Origin: Eledone cirrhosa | Taxonomy: Eukaryota | DNA length: 64,000 nucleotides | NCBI GenBank assembly: GCA_964016885.1 | Contig: OZ024740.1 | Coordinates: 84,134,001 to 84,198,000, forward strand | Direction: 5' to 3' | Shown here: in pieces, positions 26,863 to 39,500 of the stretch | Position numbering within the stretch: the first letter of the stretch is position 1 | Layout of the letters: the number at the start of each line of letters is the position of its first letter | The notes under the pieces: model-generated | The model's database searches: none | Seen by the model: only the letters and a program-made list of their open reading frames with translations | Told to the model about the DNA's origin: nothing | Translations under genes and position numbers: made by a program

Positions 26863-27735
26863 GGGAAGAAGACGCACGAGGTGACGGAGGTCATGAAATC
26901 GCTCCCGTAAGTTTTGAATTTTTAACATATTTAAACCATTTGTGAAATAACAACTCTTAGCACAAATGCTACGTAAAGCACCCGGCTTGAGCCCCAAAAT
27001 ATTCGGACCCAAAATATATTGTTATAAGGCTCAAATATTCAAATATTCAACTTTGTATTGTACACTGTATATCCAAAAAAAAAAAAAATGGCTATAAATG
27101 GAAGAAGAACCCCTCCCCTCCTCTCCTCTGGCTACACTATATAGGACAGCTAAACTCACCAACACCAGAAACTAGATACACCACCCACCCCATCATCTGT
27201 GTACACTAAACACAACAGCCAGATAACGACACATTTTCACCTTCACCGCCACCGCTCACTACGGCCATCATTACCACCACTATCCCATCACCGCCGCCAC
27301 CACCCCTTGACTCCGCTACAGCACCATCACTACAGTAATACGGTCACATCACCGCCACCACTGCCTCGGTATCGACATCACCACCACCACTGTCTCAGTA
27401 TCGCTAACGCCGCCAGTCTCCCACTTCCCCGCTGGCTGCTACTTCCACATTATAGAATTCCTACTACTAACAAAGAGGAAGGCATCAAAATATATAGATA
27501 GACCCAAAAGAAAAAAGAAAAAACAAACAACAAAACCAAAGCAGCACAGCAACAACAGCAAAAAACGAGAAAAACAAACAGAGAAAAACAAAAACAAAAA
27601 AAAAGAAACCCCAAAAACGTAAAGAAAATAAGAATGAAGAGAGAAGCAGGCGGACGGACAGAGAAGAGGGGGGGAAAAGTAAAACTTAAAAAACTAAAAC
27701 TAAGTCAGACATTCGAACACTACATTACAATGAAA

Positions 27736-30700
27736 CTTATGCTTATTCATTTCTGGGGCCCTTTCTGCCTGTGTGTTTGTTTGTTTATGTGTGTTCGTAT
27801 ACAGCGTGGTGATGATGCCACACAAGGGCCAAGTGGGATGGCGGATCCACAGATGGCTATGTAAACATACATTCGCCAATCCTCGATAAGAGTGTTTAAA
27901 TATCGAACATAAACAGTTCGAATAACGGTGAAATGGAGACTAGAACGTCATGTGACAGACTCTCACCCAACAGGTGCCCCCTGGCTCAGCAGCAGGAACC
28001 TGACTGTCAACCAAATACTGCTGATGTTGGAGGAAGGAGAAGAAGGAAAGGGGCCAGAACCAACTGGAATAAAGAATTGAATAGAACTGTTATGCAATGC
28101 TACCTGAAAAGTAACCCCAAGGAGAGGGGCTACAGGAGACGGATGCATAACATCTGGAACGAGATTGGTTTATTTAAATTAGATGAACAAAAATTGGCCA
28201 GGCAGGCTCGGGTAATAAGAACTAATGGGTGGATAAGCGAGCTGGAACTGGAGGAACTGAGCAGAGAGAATGGCTTGGAGATGGCGGGTGTAGTATGCCA
28301 GACAAGCGAGCCGGTGGGAAATGAAGGTGAGGAGGTCCTGAGAACGGAGGAACCACCCGAAGCAGACAATGATCTGAGTACTGAGATAAATAATACCTGG
28401 AACAGAGATACGGCCACTGAGGAGATGAATGCTGACGGGCTAGGACAAGATTCGGTTGACATCCTAAATTTAGTGGTAGATGAATTGAACAATGATAGTG
28501 GGAGACCTATGAACCTAAGATTTGTAGACAGGAAAAAGTTAAAAGAAACAACAGCTAAGGTAAACAAAGTCATCCCATACCTTGAGGCGAGGAGCCTTCA
28601 CCAGTGCAACAATATCCTCAGAGCAACAGCAAATACGGTGAGGAAACTACTTGGTATAAAAGCGAGAGGAAACAACAGACAAGAAAGAGCAGAGCCGTGG
28701 TGGAAGAAGCGACTGAGTGGGCAAATCGGGGAAATGAGAAATGACACAGGAAAGCTTGAGTCACTACTGAATGGGACACTAAAAAACATAGGCACTAAAA
28801 ATAGACTGGAAATAAAATACAAAACTAGGAGTAAAAAGCTAAATATTATCATAGAGGAATTGAAGCAACGCATTGTAGCAAAGAGTGCAAAAATCAGGCG
28901 ATACGAGAACAGAGTCAGTCAGTATAAACAGAACCGCATGTTCGACAACAACCAGAAGATGCTGTTTGGACAGCTTGAGGGCAAAGAAAGAGGCAACGAC
29001 TTGATCCCTGGGGCGGAGAAAACTAAAACATTCTGGAGAGGAATATGGGAGCAGGATGTTAGACACAATGCCCAGGCAGGGTGGATTGAGACAGTACAGA
29101 GGGAGATCGGTGAGCAGGCACAGCAACAGACTGATTTGAGTATCACAGTTGAAACTCTTAAGGGGCAAGCCAAAAAACTAACCAACTGGAAATCACCAGG
29201 CCCAGTTGGTGTGCAGGGGTATTGGATTAAACATCTAACATCCCTCCACCCGAAGCTGACGGCCATGTTCAATGACTGCTTGGTGTCGGGTGAGGTGCCA
29301 GAGTGGTTGACAAAAGGTACCACAGTTCTGATAATGAAAGACCGAATCAAGGGTAATGATGCTACCAACTATAGACCTATCACATGTCTGCCCGTAATGT
29401 GGAAACTGTTGACGAGCATTGTGTCTGAGGAAATCTACCATCACCTCCACACAAACAACTTGTTACCGGACGAACAGAAAGGATGCCGAAAGAAGTCACG
29501 TGGTACAAAGGACCAGTTGCTTATTGATAAGATGGTAATGGGGAATTGCAGGAGGAGACACACTGATCTTGCCATGGGATGGATAGACTACAGAAAGGCA
29601 TTTGACATGGTGCCTCATTCCTGGATCACCAAAAGCCTGGAGATCTTCAGGGTGGCGGATAACATCAGACAGTTGCTAGGCAGGAGTATGGGGTCCTGGG
29701 AGACAGAGTTGACATCAACTGGAGTATCCTTGGGAAGCGTGAAGATCAAGAGAGGTATCTTCCAGGGAGATAGCCTGTCCCCTCTGTTGTGTGTCCTTGC
29801 CCTCATGCCCTTGACCATTATGCTGCGAAAAGTGAGAGCAGGATACAAGTTGGGAAGGGGAGAGCTTACCATCAATCACCTCCTCTTCATGGACGATCTT
29901 AAGCTCTTCGGGAAAAGTGAGAAGGAGTTGGATGTGCTTGTTGACACTGTCCGTATTTTCAGCAGTGATATATGTATGCAGTTTGGTATTGGTAAATGTG
30001 GAGTCATTGTGATGAAGAGGGGTAGGTTGAGCAGAAGTAACGGGATCCAGATACCAACAGGTGAGATGATAAAGGAAATTGACTCTGAGGAAGGATACAA
30101 GTATTTGGGCGTTCTGGAGGCTGATGGCATAAAGAACAAAAAAATGAGGGAATTGTTAAGAACTGAATACATTCGGAGAGTAAGGAGCGTATTGAAGTCA
30201 CATCTGAACAGCAGAAATGCCATAAGCGCAGTAAATTCCCGAGCTGTGTCTATTATTAGGTACAGTGCGGGAACTCTGAGATGGAATGTTGCTGAACAGA
30301 AAGAAATGGATAGGAAGACTAGGAAGCTATTGACTATCTACAACATGTTCCACAAGAGGAGTGATGTCGATAGACTCTACCTAAGGAGATCTGAGGGTGG
30401 AAGAGGTCTTATCAGCATAGAGGACTGTGTTCAGATGGATAAAAACAACCTATACAAATACGTGACCTATAGTAAGGAGCCAATGCTCAGAGCTGTACTG
30501 AAGGAGGGGACAGTAGGCCAGGGGATGTCCAGGGAGGAAATAACATCAAGGAGGAAGAGCAGCCTTAAGGGAAAACCCCTTCATAGTACCTTCTTTGAGA
30601 AAACTGAATTTAGAGATCCACAGACATGGAACTGGTTGAGAAGAGGAGACCTCAAAAAGGCTACAGAAGGAATGCTAATGGCTGCGCAGGAGCAGGCCCT

Positions 30701-31400
30701 CAAAACGAAGTGGTTGAAGCACCATATCTACAAGGAGGAGGCTAGCCCACTGTGCAGGATCTGTGGAGAGAGAGAGGAGACTGTGGCTCACATTGTGTCC
30801 GAGTGTAAACACCTAGCCCAGACCCACTATAAGGGCTGGAGACACGATGTGATGGGCAGGGTGATCCACTGGCACCTGTGCAAAGTAAACAATCTACCAC
30901 ATTCTGAGAAATGGTATGAGCATAGGCCAGAGGCGGTGATGGAGAACAATCAGGTGAAGGTGCTGTGGGATTTTAGGATACAGACGGACAAAAAACTGGA
31001 ACACAATAGACCTGACCTGGTGGTTGTGGACAAAGAAAAAAGATCGTGCCTGATTGTGGATGTGGCCTGCCCGTTCGACACGAGAGTGCAAGAGAAGGAG
31101 AGGGAGAAAATTAACCGATACCAGAACCTAAAGTGGGAGGTGAAAAGGATTTGGAACTGCCATGAAGTCAAAGTGATCCCGATTGTCATAGGCGCACTGG
31201 GGACTATCTCCAAAAGTTTCCAGGGATGGTTAAAGAAAATCGGCCCCTTCACGCTTTTTGGAACGCTTCAAAAGGCATGCTTGCTTGGAACAGCAAGAAC
31301 CCTCCGATACGTCCTGAATATCTGAGGCTGCAGGTAGTGGCTTGATATTCAATCCAACGGACTTTCCAGTTAACCAACATCAATGACTGAGATTCAAGGA
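27736..31400 (+). mobile_element. Full-length R4/Dong-type RLE non-LTR retrotransposon
   Basis: Single long ORF, ~75-bp 3' UTR and (AAT)n tail. The 5' boundary is approximate. Confidence 0.88.
27933..31325 (+). CDS. Reverse transcriptase plus CCHC plus restriction-like endonuclease (R4/Dong clade), 1130 aa, uninterrupted
   Basis: WKSPG, NYRPITCL, EQKG, WIDYRKAFD, GIFQGD, LFMDD, YKYLG; CRIC..ETVAHIVSEC; RHD, RPDL..VDVACP, EKINRY, PIVIGALG. Confidence 0.93.
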   Translation: METRTSCDRLSPNRCPLAQQQEPDCQPNTADVGGRRRRKGARTNWNKELNRTVMQCYLKSNPKERGYRRRMHNIWNEIGLFKLDEQKLARQARVIRTNGWISELELEELSRENGLEMAGVVCQTSEPVGNEGEEVLRTEEPPEADNDLSTEINNTWNRDTATEEMNADGLGQDSVDILNLVVDELNNDSGRPMNLRFVDRKKLKETTAKVNKVIPYLEARSLHQCNNILRATANTVRKLLGIKARGNNRQERAEPWWKKRLSGQIGEMRNDTGKLESLLNGTLKNIGTKNRLEIKYKTRSKKLNIIIEELKQRIVAKSAKIRRYENRVSQYKQNRMFDNNQKMLFGQLEGKERGNDLIPGAEKTKTFWRGIWEQDVRHNAQAGWIETVQREIGEQAQQQTDLSITVETLKGQAKKLTNWKSPGPVGVQGYWIKHLTSLHPKLTAMFNDCLVSGEVPEWLTKGTTVLIMKDRIKGNDATNYRPITCLPVMWKLLTSIVSEEIYHHLHTNNLLPDEQKGCRKKSRGTKDQLLIDKMVMGNCRRRHTDLAMGWIDYRKAFDMVPHSWITKSLEIFRVADNIRQLLGRSMGSWETELTSTGVSLGSVKIKRGIFQGDSLSPLLCVLALMPLTIMLRKVRAGYKLGRGELTINHLLFMDDLKLFGKSEKELDVLVDTVRIFSSDICMQFGIGKCGVIVMKRGRLSRSNGIQIPTGEMIKEIDSEEGYKYLGVLEADGIKNKKMRELLRTEYIRRVRSVLKSHLNSRNAISAVNSRAVSIIRYSAGTLRWNVAEQKEMDRKTRKLLTIYNMFHKRSDVDRLYLRRSEGGRGLISIEDCVQMDKNNLYKYVTYSKEPMLRAVLKEGTVGQGMSREEITSRRKSSLKGKPLHSTFFEKTEFRDPQTWNWLRRGDLKKATEGMLMAAQEQALKTKWLKHHIYKEEASPLCRICGEREETVAHIVSECKHLAQTHYKGWRHDVMGRVIHWHLCKVNNLPHSEKWYEHRPEAVMENNQVKVLWDFRIQTDKKLEHNRPDLVVVDKEKRSCLIVDVACPFDTRVQEKEREKINRYQNLKWEVKRIWNCHEVKVIPIVIGALGTISKSFQGWLKKIGPFTLFGTLQKACLLGTARTLRYVLNI

Positions 31401-31411
31401 ATAACAATAAC

Positions 31412-31471
<60 letters not shown>

Positions 31472-31535
31472 AAGAAGAAGAAGAAGAAGAAGAAGAAGAA
31501 GAAGAAGAAGAAGAAGAAGAAGAAGAAGAAGAAGA

Positions 31536-32037
31536 AATGGTAAGAAATGGTATGAGCATAGGCCAGAGGCGGTGATGGAGAACGATCAGGTAAAGGTGCT
31601 GTGGGATTTTACGATACAGACGGACAAGAAACTGGAACACAATAGACCTGACCTGGTGGTTGTGGACAAAGAAAAAAGAGCGTGTCTGATTGTGGATGTG
31701 GCCTGCCCATTCGACACGAGAGTGCAAGAGAAGGAGAGGGAGAAAATTAACCGATACCAGGACTTAAAGTGGGAGGTAAAAAGGATTTGGAACTGCCATG
31801 AAGTCAAAGTGATCCCGATTGTCATAGGCGCACTGGGGACTATCTCCAAAAGTTTCCAGGGATGGTTAAAGAAAATCGGCCCCTTCACGCTTTTTGGAAC
31901 GCTTCAAAAGGCATGCTTGCTGGGAACAGCAAGAACCCTCCGATACGTCCTGAATATCTGAGGCTGCAGGTAGTGGCTTGATATTCATTCCAACGGACTT
32001 TCCAGTTAACCAACATAAATGACTGAGATTCAAGGAA
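31536..32037 (+). mobile_element. 5'-truncated tandem R4/Dong copy (RLE plus 3' UTR)
   Basis: Near-identical to the 3' 500 bp of the full-length element. Preceded by (AAT)n(AAG)n. Confidence 0.93.
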
Positions 32038-32064
32038 TAATAATAATAATTATTATTATTATTA

Positions 32065-32840
32065 TATGGAACTGGTTGAGAAGAGGAGACCTCAAAAAGG
32101 CTACAGAAGGAATGCTAATGACTGCGCAGGAGCAGGCCCTCAAAACGAAGTGGTTGAAGCACCATATCTACAAGGAGGAGGCTAGCCCACTGTGCAGGAT
32201 ATGTGGAGAGAGAGAGGAGACTGTGGCTCACATTGTGTCCGAGTGTAAAAACCTAGCCCAGACCCACTATAAGGGCTGGAGACACGATGTGATGGGCAGG
32301 GTGATCCACTGGCACCTGTGCAAAGTAAACAATTTACCACATTCTGAGAAATGGTATGAGCATAGGCCAGAGGCGGTGATGGAGAACAATCAGGTGAAGG
32401 TGCTGTGGGATTTTAGGATACAGACGGACAAAAAACTGGAACACAATAGACCTGACCTGGTGGTTGTGGACAAAGAAAAAAGATCGTGCCTGATTGTGGA
32501 TGTGGCCTGCCCGTTCGACACGAGAGTGCAAGAGAAGGAGAGGGAGAAAATTAACCGATACCAGGACCTAAAGTGGGAGGTGAAAAGGATTTGGAACTAC
32601 CATGAAGTCAAAGTGATCCCGATTGTCATAGGCGCACTGGGGACTATCTCCAAAAGTTTCCAGGGATGGTTAAAGAAAATCGGCCCCTTCACGCTTTTTG
32701 GAACGCTTCAAAAGGCATGCTTGCTTGGAACAGCAAGAACCCTCCGATACGTCCTGAATATCTGAGGCTGCAGTAGTGGCTTGATATTCAATCCAACGGA
32801 CTTTCCAGTTAACCAACATCAATGACTGAGATTCAAGGAA
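32065..32840 (+). mobile_element. 5'-truncated tandem R4/Dong copy (CCHC, RLE, 3' UTR)
   Basis: Near-identical to 30626-31400. Followed by an (AAC/AAT)n tail. Confidence 0.93.
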
Positions 32841-32850
32841 TAACAACAAC

Positions 32851-32885
<35 letters not shown>

Positions 32886-32929
32886 GACATAGAAATTTTA
32901 ACAAACTACAGACATAGAAATTTTAACAA

Positions 32930-35770
32930 ACTACAAAGTAGGTGAACATGTTAAACAAACTAAAGTTAGAAAATTGAAAAGAAAATACAGTATAAAATCA
33001 ACAAGTGACATAGACATGCTGATAGAAATAATCAAGCAAAAAGTGTCAGCCAAAGCTGCTCGTATAAGGCGCTTTGAAAAACGATCTAGATTCTATAAGG
33101 ACAATAATATGTTCAAAAACAACCAAAGAAACTTCTACAGAAAAATTGGCAAGTCAACAATAACTGCTAAATCAATACCACTCAAGGTGAAAGTGCAAGA
33201 ATTCTGGGAAAAGATCTGGGCCGTAGAAAAAGTTCATAATATACATGCCCCATGGATAGACATACAAATGAAAGATACAGCTCACCTTGAGGAACAAATA
33301 TGGGAAAATATAACAGTTGAACAGTTGCGTTTGGCTCTTAGAAAAACCAGCAAATGGAAATCCCCAGGAAAAGACAAAATACAAAAAATTTGGTATTTTG
33401 TCTTTTCCTAGGGATTTCCTGATGATACAAAATTAAATGCACACTCTGAATTTATTTGCCCTAGGTGTCACGAAGACACTCGGCATATATCTCAGAAACA
33501 ATAATCCAAGAAAATAAAAATAACAATAATAATAATTGTTTCTACTTTTGGCAGAATGCCAGCAATTAACCAGTACATTACTGGTACTTTATTTTATCGA
33601 CCCCGTAAGGATGAAAGGCAAAGTTAACCTCGGCGGGATTTGAACTCAGATCATAAAGGGAGGTAACTATGCTCCAAAGCATGGTGTCCGACCCTCTACA
33701 ATAATAATTGTTTCTACTTTTGGTACAAGGCCAGCAATTACCCAGTGCATTACTGGTACTTTATTTTATCGACCCCATAAGGATGAAAGGCAAGTCAACC
33801 TCGGCGAGTTTGAACTCAGATTGTTAAGGGACGTAACTATGCTGGAAAGCATGGCATCCGACCCTCTACCAATACTGCCATCTACAATAATACTAATGAT
33901 TTCTAGTATAGGCACAAAGCCAGTAATTTTGAGGGAAGGGAAAATCGATTTTCATTACTGGTGCTTTATTTTATTTCACCCCGGCAGGATATGAACTCAG
34001 AACGTAAAGGCTCATAACTATATACTGCAAAGCATGGTATCTGACGCTCAACCGATACTGTCAATCCAATAGTAATAAGTCATTGATTTTCTCACTTTGT
34101 AGGCTGTGTAATGAGAAAGGTGAAACAATAAACCACATTATTTGTGAATGTTAAATGCTCGCTCAGAAAGAGTATAAGAGAAGGCACAATATTGACAGAT
34201 TGGTTCATTGAAAGCTTTGTTATAAGTATGATATAAGCAGATGTGAGAAATGGTATGAGCACCAACCGGAAAGAGTGGTTAAAAATGAGCATTTTATCGT
34301 GGCTCGAAATCCTAACATTATTATCGTAGAAAAGAAGGATAACAAGGCAAGTATTGTGGACATTGATTCACCGTGGGACGACAGGGCGGATGAGAAGGAA
34401 AGGGAGAAAGTTGAGAAATACCAGGAGCTAATGAGAGAAATCAAGAAACTGGAGAATCAGCTAGAAGTGGTACGGATTGTGGCTGGCGTGCTGGAAGCAA
34501 TTAGTAGACGGTTGAATGCATGGCTTGAGAAGCTAAGAATTCACATCAGGACAGGATTGTTTCAGAGAACAACCTTGCTGGGAACAGGATCGTGTGAAGT
34601 GTACTATGAAGCGTACTGTGAGGCGAACTGTGAAGCGTACTGTGAAGCGTTCTGTGATGACATCGCAATGTGACTTGATAAGTGGGCCAAAGCTACTTTC
34701 AAGAAAGGGAAGTTGATAAACTCAAACTCTATTGAAAAAACCATAAATGTGCTAGAGCAGAAACAAACCTATAAATACCTAGGTATAAATGACGTCTCCG
34801 GCTTCAGCATGTCGGTATGGAAGAGCAGATAAGGAAGGAATGTTATAGTAGAGTGCTAGCAGTTCTGAAATCTGAGCTAAAAGCATATAACAAGGCGTCA
34901 GCCATAAATTCCTTAGCAGTTCCAGCAGTTAGCTTCAATTTGTTGAACTGGAATATCAGTGAAATAAAAATTCGAAGGCAAGTGTGGAATCTCTTTACCT
35001 TACCAGATATCAACAAGGTTGCTGCTTGAGCCAATTTGAACTTTCTGAAAAAACCACCACAACTGCACTGGACAAATAACTTTAAACAACAAACGACCGG
35101 ATGCTGAAGCTCTGTCAAGAAAAATATTTGCTATTGATGTCATGATTGATACCCTAGCTGGACAGACAGTGGGAACTGTGGCAGCTGTTGTTGGAAAGGA
35201 AGCATCATTAATGTCAACAAAAAGGGCATTAACAATTAATATCGAGTTAGGGACAGAAACATCATCATGGTAATATGTGGGCAGTAGCAAACAAGATTAT
35301 ATTGGCTAGAAGCTCACCCATCAGTTCAGGGATTAATACTTCATATTAGCTGCTCATTAACCTGGAACTATCAGGTTAATGTAATGAGAAATGGAGTAAA
35401 TCTAAAGTATCGGTTCTGCAAGGATGGAATTGAAACTGTGGACCTTTTACTCCCTTGATATTATTGGAAAAGACCAAAATAACAAAGTCTGTGTATCTAT
35501 TGATATGAACTCCCCATGTGATCAACATGTTGTGACAAAAGAATTTGACAACTTCATAAAATATAAAGATTTGCTCACTGAAATTGAAAACAAAAGTTGG
35601 ATCCTTAAAGCGGTTACAATACCAGTGATTGTAGGATCACTAGGAATGATCAAGAAAGGAATAGAAAATGTTTGAGAATAATCCCTAGCTTACTATCTCT
35701 GCAAGAAGAGCAAAACGATTTTTAAATGCCATGGCACACGTATTGAGGGGAGCACTATCACTGTGATGTG
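32930..35770 (+). pseudogene. Older, diverged R4/Dong-type fragments interrupted by SINEs
   Basis: KQKVSAKAARIRRFEKR...WKSPGKD (32974-33411); P.III..VDIDSP..EKVEKYQ (34275-34600); YKYLG and AINSLAVP (34770-35030); IDMNSP..KYKDL..PVIVGSLG (35424-35675). Confidence 0.8.
33530..34070 (-). mobile_element. Three tandem tRNA-derived SINE copies
   Basis: Three consecutive copies (~33530-33698, 33700-33885, 33890-34070), each ending in an (ATT)-type tail on the minus strand. Confidence 0.85.
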
Positions 35771-36315
35771 AGAAAGATCATCATGTAAGCAATAATAAGC
35801 AATAATAATAATCATCATTTATGCGATTTTTATTAATGTTTTTTTTTTATTTGTTGGTATATGCATTATATTTGATCACATTTTCTTAAATGTGATCAAA
35901 TATAATGCTGATGTTTCTGTCCCTTACACATATTTTTATTTAAGTGTTATGGGTGGCAATATAGCACTATTTCTGCTATTTTTCATATTACGTTTTGCTA
36001 TCACTAGATCTATTATTGTTTCATCTAACATGAATTGCATGTCAATATTCGCCTTATAACTATCGTAACTTAGATGTTTCAGTAAGTATAGGCTTTCTCT
36101 TGAAAACCATTTTTCAACCGTGATTACTATACAGTTAATTTGGTAATCTGACAATATATAGAAATGCCAATTTCTTTTCATGTAGTTATGTTTCAAATAA
36201 GATTATCTCAGATATATTAAAGAGTTACATCTGTTCCCTTAGTTATATATCTAGTTCCCATACTAGCTACTGCTTCTTAATGTCGACATTTATTATCGCA
36301 TCCACAATTAGAGAT

Positions 36316-36503
36316 ATAATTGTTTCTACTTTTGGCACAAGGCCAGCAATTACCCAGTGCATTACTGGTACTTTATTTTATCGACCCCGTAAGGATGAAA
36401 GGCAAAGTCAACCTCGGCGGGATTTGAACTCAGATCGTAAAAGGGACGTAACTATGCTGGAAAGCATGGCGTCCGACCCTCTACCGATACTGCCAATCCA
36501 CCG
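36316..36503 (-). mobile_element. Full-length tRNA-derived SINE (best reference copy)
   Basis: Minus strand: A-box TGGCAGTATCGG, B-box GTTCAAATCC, central GTTGACTTTGCCTTTCATCCTTACGGGGTCGATAAAATAAAGTACCAG and 3' GTAGAAACAATTAT. Confidence 0.88.
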
Positions 36504-39500
36504 AATACAATCTAATAAACTTTCCATATTTAGACACCAGATCTGCCATCAAAAGGAAAATGAGAGTCGTTTGTATCAACCATAAGACTTCAATAATATT
36601 TCATTTTTCAGCCACCAAATGACTAAAGGCAAATTTCACACCGTCGGGTTTTGAAATCGAAAGTATAGAGCCGTAATAATTAGGGTATATCATTTTGTTC
36701 GACAAACAAATGATTCTACAAATACACCATCCTTTCTACTTACCGTAAACAAACAATTTCTCTGATCTGTTAATTACCACAGACAACGTAAAACGTTTTA
36801 CCAACATGGTTGTAAAACTAGTCCAGATAACATATCATTTTCCTCATATTGTTGCTGCTTTTTCTATACCATTAATTGATTCGATTGCTTATATGGTAGG
36901 CTTGTAAAATCGGTAGACTATGAGACAAAATACCTCGTGCTGTATATTTGGATATGGCATGTCTTGAGTTCAAGTTAATTTTACCCTTTATTTTTCCGAT
37001 AAGGGTAACATAGTTAAGTTAACTGTAACCAGTTAAGTACATAGGTGAATTAACCCATATACCCACTCATAGAATGTGTGGTCTTGTAACAATGTTATAG
37101 ATCAAGGTTTACTGGTGCAGCAATGTTAGAATTAATATACTGGCGGACAAGGCGCATTTCAGTGTTTTGTTACGAACATCAACATTTCGTTCACATCCAG
37201 GTGAGCGTTGAAAAGCAATTCATTATTCTGTGGTCCATAAATATGTACAGTCCACCACTAAAATTAGTCCAATTTGGTATATGCAATCCCCAGTTAAGAG
37301 ACATGGAACCAAAACTAGAAATTTAAAATATGTTTTCAATGATATGGTAGTAGTATTACTTTCATTCATGTTAACATTGATCTTTCCTATTTCTTTCCAT
37401 ATTGTATAATACAAATCCTTTGTTTTTCAGTAGTTTTTGAAGGCCCCTTGATTTCATGCGGTTAATTCTTTGTTTTGAACAATTAATACAGGCGCTTGAA
37501 TACTCTGTGTTCTATGATACGCTGAGTTCATTCGTATAAATTTATTATATAATGTATTTTTTCATGATTTCCGAATGTTTTGTTTGTGAATATAATTTAC
37601 TAATATTTATATGACGATATATGCAATGTACCATATAAAATTAAATATGAAGATATGTTAAACACGTCATGAGTAAAATAACAAGTTATGAAATCTGAAT
37701 TTATCTGAATCTCCCTTTTATTCACCTGGTATTAAGAACATTGACCAGTGTATTGAAATAGACAAGGCTAGGATAACTATGCGTTGAAGGATAATTAATT
37801 ATTTTTGTAGGTGGACGACCTGTGATTTTATGCTGTAGAATACAAACAACAACAATTATTGTTACAGGCATTACAAGAGATTTGTAGAATTCAAAATGAG
37901 AATCGGATTAGGAAAAATAGGGCTTGAAAACATTATCATGAAGAAGAGCTTTGAAACACTAACATAACGCTATATAAAAACACAAGATAGAAGAATTAAA
38001 CCAGTTACACACTTGAAGAAAGGATAAACGACAGTTTCGGATTTTGTATAACTTTTTCTAGCGTTTTATGTTAGGTTTCTATAATTCTTTAACAGATATG
38101 TTTGTCGTCCTACTGAGCTATTTTATAATGATTTTCTAGTTTCCAAAATCCCCTAAAGTATCTATATTTGTGATAATATTAATATGTCTCCGTCGGATTT
38201 GTGGTGATATATTCTAAAGGCAGTCACAATTCTTTTTTTATTTTGATGCATTGTTTTTCTAAATCAGCATGATTGAGAATGTTACACCAAAAGTATGTTT
38301 CTGTTTCAGCTATTGTATTGATTGCTATATTACTTTTTTCATAGAAAGGACTAATCTAACCCTCCTTTGAAGTTTAAAACTTCTTTTCTTCTCGCGGTAA
38401 AATATCTTACACTAGTAGACATAGAACTGTTCACCTTCAGATACATTTTTGAATATCACACGATATATATTCACGCTTGAAGATGATTCTATCTACAATA
38501 TAAATATTACAATTTTGAATTCCCATCCCTGTGATTTAATTAAGATAATCAAAGACTTATGATTAACAGTGTTATTTATTGTTATAAACGGATAACAAAT
38601 CAAACAATGAGAAGCAATCCTAATATCCATTAAGTAATATTTTTCTGCAACAAAGAGTATTGACACAAGTTTATATGATGGGATATGAACTGACCCAACT
38701 AGCTATACCACTGGCAATTCGTTAAACTTACCTTCACTGAATCAAATTTTTTTGATGTCAATTTATATTAGGATATAATGATGCAGCAATTTGACGTTAT
38801 CTCATTTTATCATCTTGAAAACTTTTAAGGACAGTACGTTGATGAAGCAATGCCTTCATTAGAGATTATTGATCTGCTCTTAACATAAATAATTGTCTTC
38901 CTGTAGTACCGTGTAGTTAGTACCGTGATCTTTTTTCCTACACACGAGATTCATTATCACCGTGATCACTAACGTTAACTACATTTCGCCTATCAGCATC
39001 ATCACTATCATCATTACCAACTTGAGGAAACACGGAAGTTTTTATCTGGTCACTCAACCTACTAGAAATAGTAACCAAATTCCTTCGATCTATACCCTAC
39101 CATAATGAAAAGGAACATATGTTTAATGTGATCCTGCGTTACCTGCATACAGAAAAGTAGTGATTGTTACGGTGGCTTGGTCTTGAGCATATTTCATGAT
39201 CTGGTTTTACCACACCCATTACAACCACTACAACCACAAATGTATCCGTTTTCTCACTGACGACAGTACCACAAACATCATAGTCACTACCATCACTATT
39301 ATAATTACCGACAGCAACATCAATATAACTTCTTTTCAACCATACCAGCCGAATAAATAATATTATTATCACCGTCTCATCTTTCAAGTTTTATGTAAGA
39401 TTAATATTCTTATCGAGAGTTCACATACTTTACTCTCCCATTCACAATGATGACCATCGTGAACTTCAGTAGCAGCATTATAACCCATAACATCTTATCA

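Noticed and set aside
27750-27900. HDV-like or hammerhead ribozyme in the Dong 5' UTR
   Set aside because: GGCCCUU/AAGGGCC and GUGG/CCAC stems exist, but I could not place P1.1 or the catalytic C, nor a GAAA core. It is structured but unassigned.
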